Shown piece by piece: positions 46,500-60,457 of a stretch of 64,000 nucleotides of DNA. Made by a program: the position numbers and the translations under genes. The stretch covers positions 1 through 64,000 of the forward strand of contig MCFH01000075.1 of assembly GCA_002104945.1 (NCBI GenBank), written 5' to 3'. The notes beneath the pieces are model-generated. The model did not search any database. It was not told where the DNA came from and saw only the letters and a list, made by a program, of their open reading frames with translations. The DNA is from Piromyces finnis finn. Taxonomy: Eukaryota > Fungi > Neocallimastigomycota. Each line of letters starts with the position of its first letter. Positions within the stretch are counted from its first letter, which is position 1.

Positions 46500-47061
46500 A
46501 TGAGTCAAAATAGTTGTATTCATAGTGACCAAGTAACCTATAATACCTCACTTTCAAATATAATACTAACTGAATTTCGAAAAGAAGATGAACCATTACT
46601 TGTAGAATATCTTGGACAAGATACTGAAATTCATAGAAATTTAAGATACTTACCAAAACCATATACCCCTGAAGATGCAAAAGACAAAAGACCTTAAAAA
46701 TGAATATCAACGCCATGTCAACTTTGCCATACGTGAAAAGGATTCTGGAATATTAGTAGGAAGTTGTGGATTTGATGACAGTGATTTAAAATCTCCAACA
46801 GAAGTAGGTATAGGCTATTGGATAGGTAAAAAACACTGGAGTAAAGGCATAGGAACAGCCATTGTAAATTCTCTTGTTCATATTGGAATGGAAATTTATG
46901 GTTATGCAAAACTTTATGCTTGTGTATTTGAATGGAACCTTGGAAGTCAAAAGGTTCTTCTTAAAAATGGTTTTACTAAAGAAAAATTGATAGAAAACTA
47001 TATTGAAAAATATGGAAAATTTATAAACGCTCTTAAATTTAGTCAATCAAAAAAGGACTAA
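46500..47061 (+). pseudogene. RimJ/RimL-like GNAT acetyltransferase, frameshifted by a 7-bp tandem duplication
   Basis: Two overlapping ORFs (ILTEFRKEDEPLL...PKPYTPEDA; EVGIGYWIGKKHWSKGIGT...NLGSQKVLLKNGF). AAAAGAC occurs twice at 46679-46692, and deleting one copy fuses the frames. Confidence 0.85.
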
Positions 47062-48718
47062 TAAAAGTTATAATAGTAAAAATGTACTTTATAAATTTAA
47101 AATATTTTCATAAAAAAATTTATATTTTATAAATATAAAAAAAAGTTGGTTATTTCATTTAAATTCTTTACATATAATTATTATATTATTCAAGTAAATA
47201 TATGTTATTTGCTACTACTAAAAAATATTTAATTTATCTTTCCCAATCTGAATTTTGTATTTTTATCTATATTTATAAAGTAACAAAATCCTTTTTTTTT
47301 TTTTTTTAGTCTATAAAGTTTAAAGATTAATTTAAATTCAACTATTATATTTTTTCATTTTCATAAATCATTTCATGTATGATTATTCACATTTATCTCT
47401 TCTTTTTTTAATTTTTTTTTTTTTTTTAAAATAATAATAATAATAATAAAATAAATCTTATTCTAAAATATTTAAAGAGTATGATTTCTTTTATACAATT
47501 ATACACTGTAATATTTTACATTTCCAACTATATCTATATTTAAAATAATGTTTTAATTTTAAAATTTTTAAATTCAATTTTTTTTATTTTTAATAATAAT
47601 GTAAAACGTTTTTGTATCTACTCAACGGGTCTTATTTAACATACTTTTTCAATAAATAAGAACTTAGAAAGCAGAAACTTTTTTATTCCTATATTGTACA
47701 AAATATAAATTCTATGATTTCCTTCCAAATCAATGAAAAGAAATTAAAATTTATTCCAAATTATATAGGGTTATCAAACTTTCTAAAGAAAAAAAAAAAA
47801 AAAAAATTGAAAATTTTTTGCAAAAATTTTGGGTTTAAATATTTGTTTAATCACATTAATGTATTTTATTTACCAATCATTTGTGATATAATTGTAATGT
47901 AATGTAATGTATTGATAATACATTAATGTATTTCATACAAAGTTAAAATTTTAATTAAAAAAAATAGAAAAAGAAGTTTAATAAAATACTTTATAATATT
48001 TTGTTTTTTATATTATTCTTTGTATTAATTATTTAATTCTAGATAATACAAAAAAAATATTGATGATATTAAGTATATTTTATGTTTACAAATATAAATT
48101 TAATAAATAGTTCAATATTATTTTATACTTTAATAATAATTCATAGTATAAATAATATATAACTACTGAATTTTAATTAATTTTTAATTAATAATTAGAA
48201 TAAATAAATATGCTTTTATAAGTAGAAAATAGGATGAATAGGATGATTTGATGGATTTCAAATATGTTATAAACATTGAAAATAAGATAAGATTTAAAAA
48301 GTGTTAAGGAAAAAAAAATAACTAAAAATCCATATCCTTAAACCTATATTGTTTTAATAAAATTTTTATATATTTATATTAATAATTTACTACCAAAATC
48401 TATCTTTTTTATTAAGATTTGGGATTTCCATATTATTACAGCATCTATTTTTCCTTTATTTCATTTTAATAATATTATATTATGTATTCGTAATGGGTGT
48501 AGTATTTAAAATAGGAATAAATATTTATTTTTACTTTTAAATATTATAAAATATTAAAAGACAAAAACTTTAATAGATAACAAATTTACATATAAAAAGA
48601 ATAAAACAATTTTCTTTTTCTTTCTTCATATCAAATTCTGTAAAATAATTAACAAGAATTCATAAAAAATTCATTCATATTGTAATAAAACAAAATAAGA
48701 TATTAAAAATGTATGAAT

Positions 48719-48760
<42 letters not shown>

Positions 48761-49171
48761 ATTAATTTCTAATATATTTAGCATTTATTTATATGTTTTA
48801 TACATTCTAATTATTAATTAATCATCCATAAATCATAAACTTTTTTTTTTGTCATTTTCTATTACAATATTAAAAAACACATGTAACCTTTATCCTTTAA
48901 TTCTAATATCACATTAAATTCAGATTTATATTCTTTTTAAAATAAAGTATATATAATTTTATTAGGTACTTTAATGAGAAAATAATAATGAATAAACTTT
49001 TAAAAAATGACTTTTTTTCTTTTTAGAGTTGATTAAATTTTTTAATTTTTATTCACAACAAATAAAAAATAATAAAAGTTTATAGATTTATATTTAAAAA
49101 AAAAGGAAGAAATTTAAATGGTTTTATAACATTTATATTTAATAAATTTTATATTCTATCCTATATATCTA

Positions 49172-49203
<32 letters not shown>

Positions 49204-49206
<3 letters not shown>

Positions 49207-52200
49207 AAACTATTGATATTATTTTATGTTTTAATAGTGAATGTTTTAGCAAATGAACTTCATCTATCCAAAAATTGTGCCGATGAAATTAAACAATATA
49301 GTCATTGTATTGATGCATTAGAAATTACAGAATTTGAATCAACAGAACAGATTAACGGTTTCTGTTCATTCTTTAATCAAACAATATGTAAAAGTTTTAT
49401 TGAAGATATTACTTCTACGACTTCTTCTGCATGTATTTCAAATAAAAGTAAAAATCAAAATGATGGCATTGCATTAAAAAAAGTTTTAGAAATGAAACTG
49501 GAATATCTTTTATTGTGTTCAAAGGATACAGAAGGAAAAGTATGTCCTGTATCAGGATTTTATGGAAATAATTATAAAACTTTAAATGAAAATGAACAAG
49601 AAAAGATAACTTCAGAACAACACGAAGTAATTCTTCAAGATTGTAAAAAAGAACAATGTAATAGTCGTATGACTTTTGTATTTTATTTGTATGACCAATT
49701 ACTAAAGGTTCTATCCACCCTAAATGGTAGAAAATATGAAAATGACAATGAACCCTACTTTTTAAATCAACTCTTTTACAGTTATCAAAACTTTTATAAA
49801 AATAAGGAATGTAATGTCAACGATATTGTTCACGATCCTGATGAGGATGCAAATACCCAATGCCAAGAAGAATTAGCAAATTATTCAGATTGTCTTGATG
49901 GACTTAATCTTGATTTTAAATCCACAGAAGATATTGAAAATTTTTGTTTATCCTTTAATCACCCCAAATGTACTAAATTTATAGAGGATTTAAACAGCAA
50001 TACCGAATTAACCTGTACTCCAAAATCAAATATTTTATCAAAATATATTTCTGGAATAGAATATGTTTTAGAAGTTAAAATTGATTATCTCCTTTTATGT
50101 TCAAAAAATAATAATGATACTATTACTAATACTGACGATGATAATACTAACAATGATAGTAGTAGTAATGTTGATGGTAATAATAATGATAGTGATGAAC
50201 ATCGTTGTCCAGTTTCAAGTTATTACACCACACATTTTACAGCATTAACCGAAACCCAACAAAACAAGGTATCGGCAGAACAACTTGAAATGATCATCAG
50301 TGATTGTAAAATTGATGAATGTAACACAAGAATGGTGAACCTTTTCCATGTTTATGGTGTTTATCAAAATGTTCGATCCTACCGAACCAATACATCATTA
50401 GAGTATCATCGTGAACCCTATTTTATCCATCAACTTCTCAATAACTTTCAAAAATTTTACAAAAATAAAAAATGTAATGTGAAGGATATTGATTATGATC
50501 AAACCATAAGTCCATGTGATGCAGAAATTTTAAAGTATAAGAAATGTATTGATGGGGTAAAGGATTATAACTTTCAAGATACAAAATCCTTCAATAATTA
50601 TTGTCAAGCCTTGAATGAGCCAACATGTCAAGAATTTTTAAAAGATATTTACGAAACGGAATCTGCTTGTTACTCCATCGCCAATCCAAATATTGATGAT
50701 GTTATATCCGGCATTGATTATTTAAATGTAAAAATGAATTATCTACTTCTCTGTGCAAAAAACAAGGATGGAAACAGTTGTCCGGTATCCAACTATATCA
50801 TAAACAACTACGAAATGATCTATAGCGTAGAACAAGATTCCTTAACATCGGAACAACAAGCCATCATCAAAGAAGATTGTATGGATAATAGGTGTAATGA
50901 CGTTAAAACCACACTTTTTACCATATATGAAAATTATAGAAAGATATATAAAAAATTATTTGGTAGATTAGAAAAAAAGGCCTACTTTACCTTTATCTTT
51001 CTAACCACCTATGCCAATTATTATCAGAATAGATTATGTGCCACCAGTCTTTCGGAAATTCTACAGCAGCAAGGAGGAACAAGATCAACACTATGTGAAA
51101 AAGAATATTCCAAATATGCAAATTGCTTTAATGATCTTAAAATGATTGATTTTGACAGTGTTCGTACGATCGACTATCTTTGCTCCTACCTTGATCAACC
51201 CAAATGTAAAAACTTTATGAATGATTTAGGCCAATCAGAATTGGCCTGTTTAAATATAACTTTATCCAATTCCGAATTCACCACCACAACAAATGATCTA
51301 ACAACAGGTGTTACACTATTAGGTCTTCGAATTCAATATCAAACTTTTTGTGCGAGAGATAGTAAAGGTAAAAAATGTCCACTTACTCAATACCTATTAA
51401 ATACGTATGAAAGTGATGATTACCTTGATAAGGAACTTGATGAATTATCAGCTGAACAATTGCATATTATTGGTGATGATTGTAGGGATGATCGGTGTAA
51501 TATGAGAATGCTCTCTATTTTTGAAATCAGTCAACGCCTTTCTTCCTATGGTCTTTATACCAGTAGTTATCCCAATGACACCGTAAATAGTTATATTTAC
51601 AATTATAAAAATAAAACTTGCCATGCCATTGATCATCCAAACAATGAGGAAATAAAAGAAAGTAATAACAACAATAGTAACAGTAATACTGTTACCATTG
51701 GAGATCTCTCCGATTACGGTACACCATCAACCGAATGTCAAAAAGAATATAATAAATACAGTCAGTGTATACACCAATTAAGTAGCCTTGAATTAAATAG
51801 TAAAGAAGGGTTAACTCAAATGTGTTCTATTTTTTCGAGTAGTCCATGTAAAGATTTAAAAAATGATCTTACAGAAATACGATCATCATGTTTGGAATCA
51901 AAAGAGGATACCAATATTGTTGTGGATAAACATTACGGAGCTACCTTGATCTCCTTCAAAATACAATATCAAATTTATTGTAGCAAGAATGAAAATGGAG
52001 ATTTATGTCCTTTATCCTATTACATGATCAATAATTATGAGAGTATAAAAGAAAACGAAGAAATTGTTTCCCAGGAACAATTACAAATGATTGCTAATGA
52101 TTGTCGAGATGTCTCATGTAATCGAAGAATGGTGAATATAGGAGAATATTATGACTATATTCAAAAAGTGTTCGATACAACGGAATCCCAAGATACCACC

Positions 52201-53094
52201 ATACAAAGTTATATTATATATTATCGAAATGGAAATTGTAGTGCAATTGATGGTTCCTACTCATCACCTTCTGATACCCCTAATAATAATATTAATAGTA
52301 ATACTAATTCTACTAGTAGTAGCAGTACTACTACTACTACTACTATTAATCAACCTATAGGTCAACTTGGAATGCCTATTGAAGCGTGTTTAGTTGAAGT
52401 AGAAAAATACAAGGATTGTATGGCAAATTATTATGTTGAAGAGATGAACAGTACAGAAGCTATTACTGCCTTTTGTTCTACCATGGATTCCGAGATATGC
52501 CAAGCTTTTGTTGAGGATGCTTTTCAATCAACATCGGCATGTATATCCATTGAAAATCCAAATCCTGCTGATATCATAGCAGGTGGTTTAGCGATAGTAG
52601 CAAGAGCACAATATCAACTCTATTGTGCCAGAGATACTTTTGGGGAGGTATGTCCATTATCACAATACTTAATAGAAAACTACGAAAAGGTGGAACCAAG
52701 AAAGAAGATTGAAGTTCAACCTGAACCAGACGCAATATTTTCAGATTGTGATGATGAGCAATGTAATACCAGAATGCTTACCCTAACGAAAATCATGGAA
52801 ACCATTTCAAACCTTTCTGATAATTTATTAGCATTGGAGAATTCAACCACCCAAGTTATTAATAATATTTATTCTAATTTTCTTAATCATACACTATCCA
52901 ACATTATTCATCACACCTTTTCATACTACCAAAATAAAGAATGTAACGAAGCAGCAACCGCAACCACCATCATTATTAATGATATTAACAATGAAGATAA
53001 ATTATCTTCAAATAGTTTTACCAAAATCAAAAAATCCTTTACTATTATTATTGTTTTTCAAATTATATTATTATCCTTATTTTTATTACTATAG
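49204..53094 (+). CDS. Secreted/surface protein with six ~200-aa, 10-Cys repeats and a C-terminal hydrophobic (GPI/TM-like) tail
   Basis: Intronless 1296-aa ORF with N-terminal signal MKLLILFYVLIVNVLA, a repeated C..E...Y..C / C.K...G..CP.S / DC....CN.RM / Y.N..C pattern, and tail SFTIIIVFQIILLSLFLLL. Confidence 0.9.
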
Positions 53095-54646
53095 ATAATC
53101 TATACTTTTTTTTAATATAGATTAAAAAAAATTACTTGATACTATTATAAATACATTAGAGTAAATTAAATTAAAAAATTATATATATATATAAAGTAAT
53201 AACATATTATTATTATCAATGAAATAAATTTTCTTTTAAAATTTATATACTATATAAAACATTTTAATTCAATAACAATAAATAAATATGTATATAGCAC
53301 ATTAAAAAAAAAAATATATATATTATTAATTTTTAGTTATTATAAAATACATATATTTATTATTTAAATTTTCATTATAAATAAATAAGAAATAAAAAGA
53401 AAATCAATACTATAATGGATCATTATAACTATATTTTCTATTACTGAAATCATTAAAAATCAATATTTTGTAATAAAAAATATTTATAATCAGTAATTTA
53501 TTAATAATTCAAATTTAATCCAAACTAAAATATGATGACTATTTTTTCACTTAAATTATAAAAAAAATGATTATAATGTCATAATATCGATATATAAACT
53601 ATATTAAAAAAAAAAAAACTTTTAATATTTCCTGTACTTTAAAAAAAAAAGGCCTATCATTATTCACTGTTTTTATTTCTATGGATGATCCAACAATATA
53701 TAATTTCATATTTTTATTACATTTTTTTATTCTAAAATAAAAATTAAAACGTTTACATACATATAATAATTTATAGAAATAATAATATAAATCATTTCTA
53801 TATTTATTTTAAAATGTCTTTTCATACCTATTCTTTTTTTTTTTTTTTGTAACTCAAATATTTATCATACAATAAAATATTGTAAATGTATAATGTAAAT
53901 GGATCTAAATACAATAATTAATGTATTAACTAATAGTTATTGTAAATTTTCTTGGGTAAAAATAATTTTTAATGTAAAAGTGTAAATACATTATAAATAT
54001 GCTGTAAAACATTTATGTAATGTAATAAATAAATAATCAAGAATGTTGCCTATGCTATTTGCCTTTTTTTTTTTATTATTATTAGGCATACTAAAAAAAA
54101 AGAATCGGATTGATCCTTTGATTGATTCATCAAGTTTTTTCTTTTTTTGAAATTCATAAAAACCTTTTTTTTTGGTTGGTTGGTTCAAAATTTTTTGTAA
54201 AATAAAAAAAAAAATTACTTAAAAGAGTAATTTATCTAAAACATAAAAAAGTAAACAAAAAAAAAAAAAAAAAAATTCTTTAATTATCTTCCGAAATGAA
54301 AGAAATCAAATTCAATAATTTATAATTGAAATAGAAATGGCATTTCTTTCTTTACTCAAAAAAGAATAGAATGTTTACCCTCTTTAAACTACGCTTCTTT
54401 CTTTCTATTCCTACAAAAAACTTTGTTAATAATAATAATAAATATTATTAAAATCTTCATCCACTTTGGAAATAAGGAAAAATTGAAATTTACTAAAAAT
54501 TTTTTTTTTATTTCTGTGTTACACTTTAATAATATATTATTTATTATATGATAGAATATATTTTATATAATAAATTTCAATAAAATAAACAATGGAATAA
54601 AACGGCTTAATTTTAAATCAATTTATAAAAGTCAACTAATAATTAT

Positions 54647-54701
54647 TATTTATTTATTTATTTATTTATTCATTTATTTATTTATTTATTTATTTACTTA
54701 C

Positions 54702-54792
<91 letters not shown>

Positions 54793-54797
54793 TTTTA
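54647..54797. repeat. (ATTT)n microsatellite
   Basis: Read directly, with a few ACTT variants. Confidence 0.95.
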
Positions 54798-56530
54798 TTA
54801 ATAACTGTTGTTATTATAGTAAATGTTGCTACTATCTCATTCATTATTAGTAATTGTAGTAACAGTTGTTATTATTATTTCACTTTTTTTGTTTATTTAT
54901 TTATTCATTCATTTATTTATTTTATTAAAATTTTTATTACAAAAAAAAATATTGTCCTTTTTTTTTTTAATTTACATAAAAAATTAAAAAAAAATTTTTT
55001 TAATAAAGTGCCACACTTTTTGGTATGGAATTAAAAAAATGTATATTTTTATTATTTATTTATTTATTTATTTGTTATTTATTATTTATTATTAGATATA
55101 TCTTTAAAAAAAAAAAAAAAAAGCACTTATAAATGATGAAAAGGAAGGGGGGGAAGAAGAGAGAAAAGGAATATTGTTAAAATGAAATTTTAGTAAAACT
55201 AAGAATATCGTCAAAATATATATAAATAAAAAATAAAAAAAAATTGTCGAAAAATGTATTTATTGTAAGATTAAAAAAAAAAAAAGTATAAATGATGATG
55301 CTCATAGGTAAAATATTAAAAAAGAATAAAATATTAAGTAGGTTACAGTAAAATACTATTTATTAAAAATAAAAACTACACTATCTGATTTTGTAATGGT
55401 GAAAATACACAAAGATAAAGGAATGATTAATAGGGAATGTTTTTTTTTAAGATGTTTTTTTCTTTTTTATTATTACTGCTTATTTTAATTTTTTAATTTT
55501 GATAAATTAAACTACATGTTTTTTTTATTATTAAATTTTAAAAATATTTTATTTTTTTCAGTATTTTATCTTTCATTGATAAAAAGAAAATAATAAAATA
55601 TTTTGGGTATGAATTTAATAAGGTTTTTTTTTATTTTTTATCCTATTTTTAGTTAGTTACAAATAAAAGACTAATTAAAATAATTTAAAAATTTTAAAAA
55701 AAAACTATACAAGTTTGGTTTTATAAAAAAAAATGTAGTATTTAATGAATGAAAATAATATATGATGGTAAAAAACTAAATATTATGGTTGGTTGTTTTT
55801 TTTTGGTTTTTTAGTTTTGTTTGCTTTTGAAGTATTAAAGATTTTTATTGTTGTTTTTTTCTCTTAAAAAAAGGAAAAAGAGTTCCATTTCCATGATGAG
55901 GGCCTAGATACATTAACTTTCCTTTCTTAAAAAAATTCAATTTATAAACCTTCTTCTTAGCATACTTTACATTAAATTAGCTATATATTCTTACTATTTT
56001 TAACTTATTTGACCAGTGATAACAGGCACTAATAGTTTTATTGATATATCCCAATAGGTGTTTTTACATTTTCAAAAATGTTTTTAACAAATTCAAAAAT
56101 TTAGAAACCCTTTATTATGATTTGATAATTAAAAATTATTAAATATTCCCTAGTTACACTTCTTCCATTGAATTATTTTGAAGCTCAATAGTAAATATTA
56201 CCCTTTAATAATACTATCCATTGCTTAAATAATTCATCCACTTCTCTTTTTTCTTTCCTTTTAGTTTTTTTTAAATGTTAATAACAATAAATAAATAGAT
56301 AATTATGTTTGAGGTTAATTAATGATAGTTTTTTTTAAGTATATACTTTTTCCCTTTTGTAATCCATTTTCTATAAATTTTTTACAAGAGGTACTTTTAA
56401 TAAATCCTTTACTTTTGTGTTTGGAGAAATAAAAGCTTTGATTATAAACATATGAATTATCATTTGCTTAAAAAAATCTTATTAGGTGATATAAGTTAAT
56501 AAGATTTTACTATAGAAAAGGAGATATTAT

Positions 56531-56779
56531 TTAAGCAAGTATTGGATAATTGTGAAGTCTATTGGTATCATTAGTCGTTGAGGCAGAAGTAGCTTTAGTA
56601 GCGTTTGCTGCTGCTGCATAAAGTTTAGTATATTCTCTTTTCATATCCAAACGATACTGCATGATTTCAGTAGCAATCTTAAAGTTAACCTTGACTATTG
56701 GAACACATTTTCTGTCATAATAGTCGTTTGGGTGAGTGTAAAGAACTTCAATGTTTTCGTTAAAGTTTACTGACTTCAT
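56531..56779 (-). CDS. 82-aa protein with an RVxF-type PP1-docking module
   Basis: AAAA-ATG context and GC content above the flanks. KSVNF...EVLYTHPNDYYDRK resembles the spinophilin/neurabin and Bni4 PP1-binding segment. Confidence 0.7.
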   Translation of the reverse strand: MKSVNFNENIEVLYTHPNDYYDRKCVPIVKVNFKIATEIMQYRLDMKREYTKLYAAAANATKATSASTTNDTNRLHNYPILA

Positions 56780-59700
56780 TTTTTGTTATATATTTTGTAT
56801 TATTTTAAAAATTATATTATTTTTTTTTACTTAAAATTTTATTGATAGTACTTATTAATATATATATTTGTCTATTTTGTATTATTCTATTAATTGTTTT
56901 AATTTTATATAAACTTTATGATTATATGTCTATTATATGCTCATTTAAAAGCGCTATTGTGTTATTAAAATATAGTTTAATTTTTGCGTTATTGTTTTAA
57001 TAATATATAGTTTTTTTTTTTTTTTTAGAAAAATATATTACTTTCAAAAATATAAAAAGTTTAAAATAGTTTTTAAAGAAATATTAATATATCTAAAGAG
57101 TTTAAAAAAATAATATTTTTTCAAATGTTTCTTTAAGGTTGACTTTTAACTATTATGTTACTTTTTAATATAAAAATATAATAAAATATTTATTTTTATT
57201 GTTTAAGCTTTGTTTTTTTTTTTTAATGTTTTATAAAATTTTGGTTTGTTTGTTTTTAACTTTTAAAAAAAGAATTTTTTCTTTTCCTTTGATTATAATA
57301 AAATAAATAACTTTTTTTTTCAAATAATAAATTTAAAAATATAATTTAAAAAAAAAAAATTTTTTTTTTGGCTATTTATATATTTTTGGATCGTCAATAA
57401 TTTTCATAGGATTAATTTAGTTAATTATTATTCATTCATTAAATTTTTTATTAAATTATTTTTTAAATATTTTATTATATGAAGTAGCATATATTAAAAT
57501 TATATTCCATTCAATTTAATTTTAAATAATAATAAAATTAATTATTTTTAATGAGGATGTACCAAATAATAATAAATAGTAAATAATAAATAAATAATAT
57601 ATGTTACAAATATATTAGCAATATATTCTGTATAGAAAGTAAAAAAAAATTTTCAACATTTCTTTTTCCACTATTATCATAATTTTAATGATATTATATA
57701 ATTAATTTAATTTTATTATATATTATTCTAGTTTTATAATATATTATTTTTTATTATTTATATTAAAGATGGCCATAATATGTAAACATAATATAATAAA
57801 GAAGTTAATATAAATAATAAAAAATTAATATTAGGTTTAATTAAGCAAATAAACGTAACTTTTTACTCTTTAATTAATATATATTTACAATTTATTCCAC
57901 CATATATTAACTTTATTTTTTATATAAAAAATTAAACTATTTATTCTTTAAAATGTCTGTCAAATACACTGTAAATATTATTATATATTATAATATAATG
58001 TAATATATACATAAATATTTCCAAAATAATTAAATACTATATTTGATGATTATTGGATAATATATGGATATAACATATTAATTAGTATATTAATTGTAAA
58101 TAGTATATATTTTTGCCATTTTCTTTATATATAAATAATATATTGAATCAATATATTTATAACATATTAAATTTAAATGATTTTTTGAAACATTGATGCC
58201 ACCATTATTTAATAAAGAATTCATTGAATTTTATTTATTACATTATTTTAATGTAATGTATTATAAACAAATGTAAAATAAATCATGTAAATATTGATTT
58301 TACTACAAATTAATCCATTAATTTATTTTGAAAAAAGTTAATATAAAAAAATGATAAAATATATATTAAATAATATATTGTTAATATAATGTTTCAATTC
58401 AAATTAAAAAAATTTCATATATTAATTTATATTGCTCCAGTTATATTTTATGAATAAATTTAAATGAATAATATCATTTTAATAAATTTTATAATAAAAT
58501 TAAATGTAGAAATCATAATAAAATAAATAAATAAATAAATGTATTTAGTATAACCTTTTAATATAAATAAATAGATAAATATTAAATAAATAAATAAATA
58601 AATAATTTATTAATTAGTTATTGTATATCATAATAATATGGAAGTAAACTAAATTTGTGCCTATCAATGACCACTTTTCATTTTCCATACTAAAAGAGAA
58701 AAAAAAGTATGAATCATTAATGAAAAAAGTCAACCTTCGTCCATTTTTTTTTATTAGATGCATTAAAAGGATAATAGAGATCTTTTTTTAGATGATAATG
58801 TCATTTTTTTTAACAAAATAACTACATTTTTTTTTAAAAATAAATGCCATAGTAGAAAATTTAGAATACACCAAAAAAAATTTTTTATGGTATATTCTAA
58901 ATTTGAATGATGTTTAACCTAAAAAACAACAACAGCATGAATACTCTTTTCAAAAAAAAAATTATAAAATACTACAATACATATAATAAAATCACTATAA
59001 ATAGATTTATTAATTTTTTTATTATTATACTAAAAATAAAAGGAAATAGGAATGACATCAAAAGAAAATACTACACATTCTTTATTACCTTTTAAAAAAA
59101 TTTTTTTAAACATTTACTAAAAATAACTTTAATTCAATCGATATCCATTTAAATTTATTTGCTACTGCCGTTGTTATCTTAAATACCTCTTTTATATTAT
59201 TATTAAGAATAAACTTTTTTTTAATAGCCATTTTTTCTTTTAATTGTCTTTTTTTTAAGTGTTTATCATTTTTAAAAATCATAAATAATATAAAAACTTT
59301 ATAAAGTTTTTTGAAGATATTCCTTGATGATGATGATACTTTTAATCTATTCATCAATTAATAAATAGAGTTAAATAGCTTAAATGTATTTTTTTTCAAA
59401 TGTACCAAAAAAAGAAGAGAAAAAAAAAGCTTTTCAAGTATGAAATTACTTTCAAATAAAACAGTTAATGCTTATAGAAATTATAATAAATGATATTTAA
59501 TATAAAAAAAAAGGTAATATATTATAGATAAATTATAAATAAATTATAAATGAATTATAAAAAATCATACAGTATTATAATTAAGTTTAATTATATGAAT
59601 TAACAACACCATTAAAATAATTTTTTAATTATATGAATTAACAACACCATTAAAATAATTTTAAGTTTAAGCTCATTTATTTATTTTATCATTTGTTCAA

Positions 59701-60084
59701 GGTTCAAGATTAATTTGAATAGTAAAAATGATAAAAAAAAAAAAAAAAAAAGAAAAAGAAACTGCCGTTGAATGATAAAAAGTCCTTTTTTGGTTAAAAT
59801 TAAATTTTTCCTATAATTTGGTCGTCGATGTTAATTTAAATGATAAAAAAAATAAAAATGAATGACTTTTTATATACTATTAATTAATAACTATATTATT
59901 ATTAATAATAAATACTTATTTAATGAGCATTTATTTTATATTATCAACGCTAAAAAGAAAAAATAAAGCTGCCATTGATCATGAATTATATTATAAATGG
60001 TAATGTAAATTATATTTTCCTTTTTATTATTTTAATAAGGAACAATTCTAAATAATTAAAATACTAATAAATAATTAATCATTA

Positions 60085-60457
<373 letters not shown>

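Noticed and set aside
47714-59357. Remaining short Lys/Phe/Ile-rich ORFs in intergenic DNA
   Set aside because: Their composition is what about 85% AT sequence with homopolymers produces by chance.
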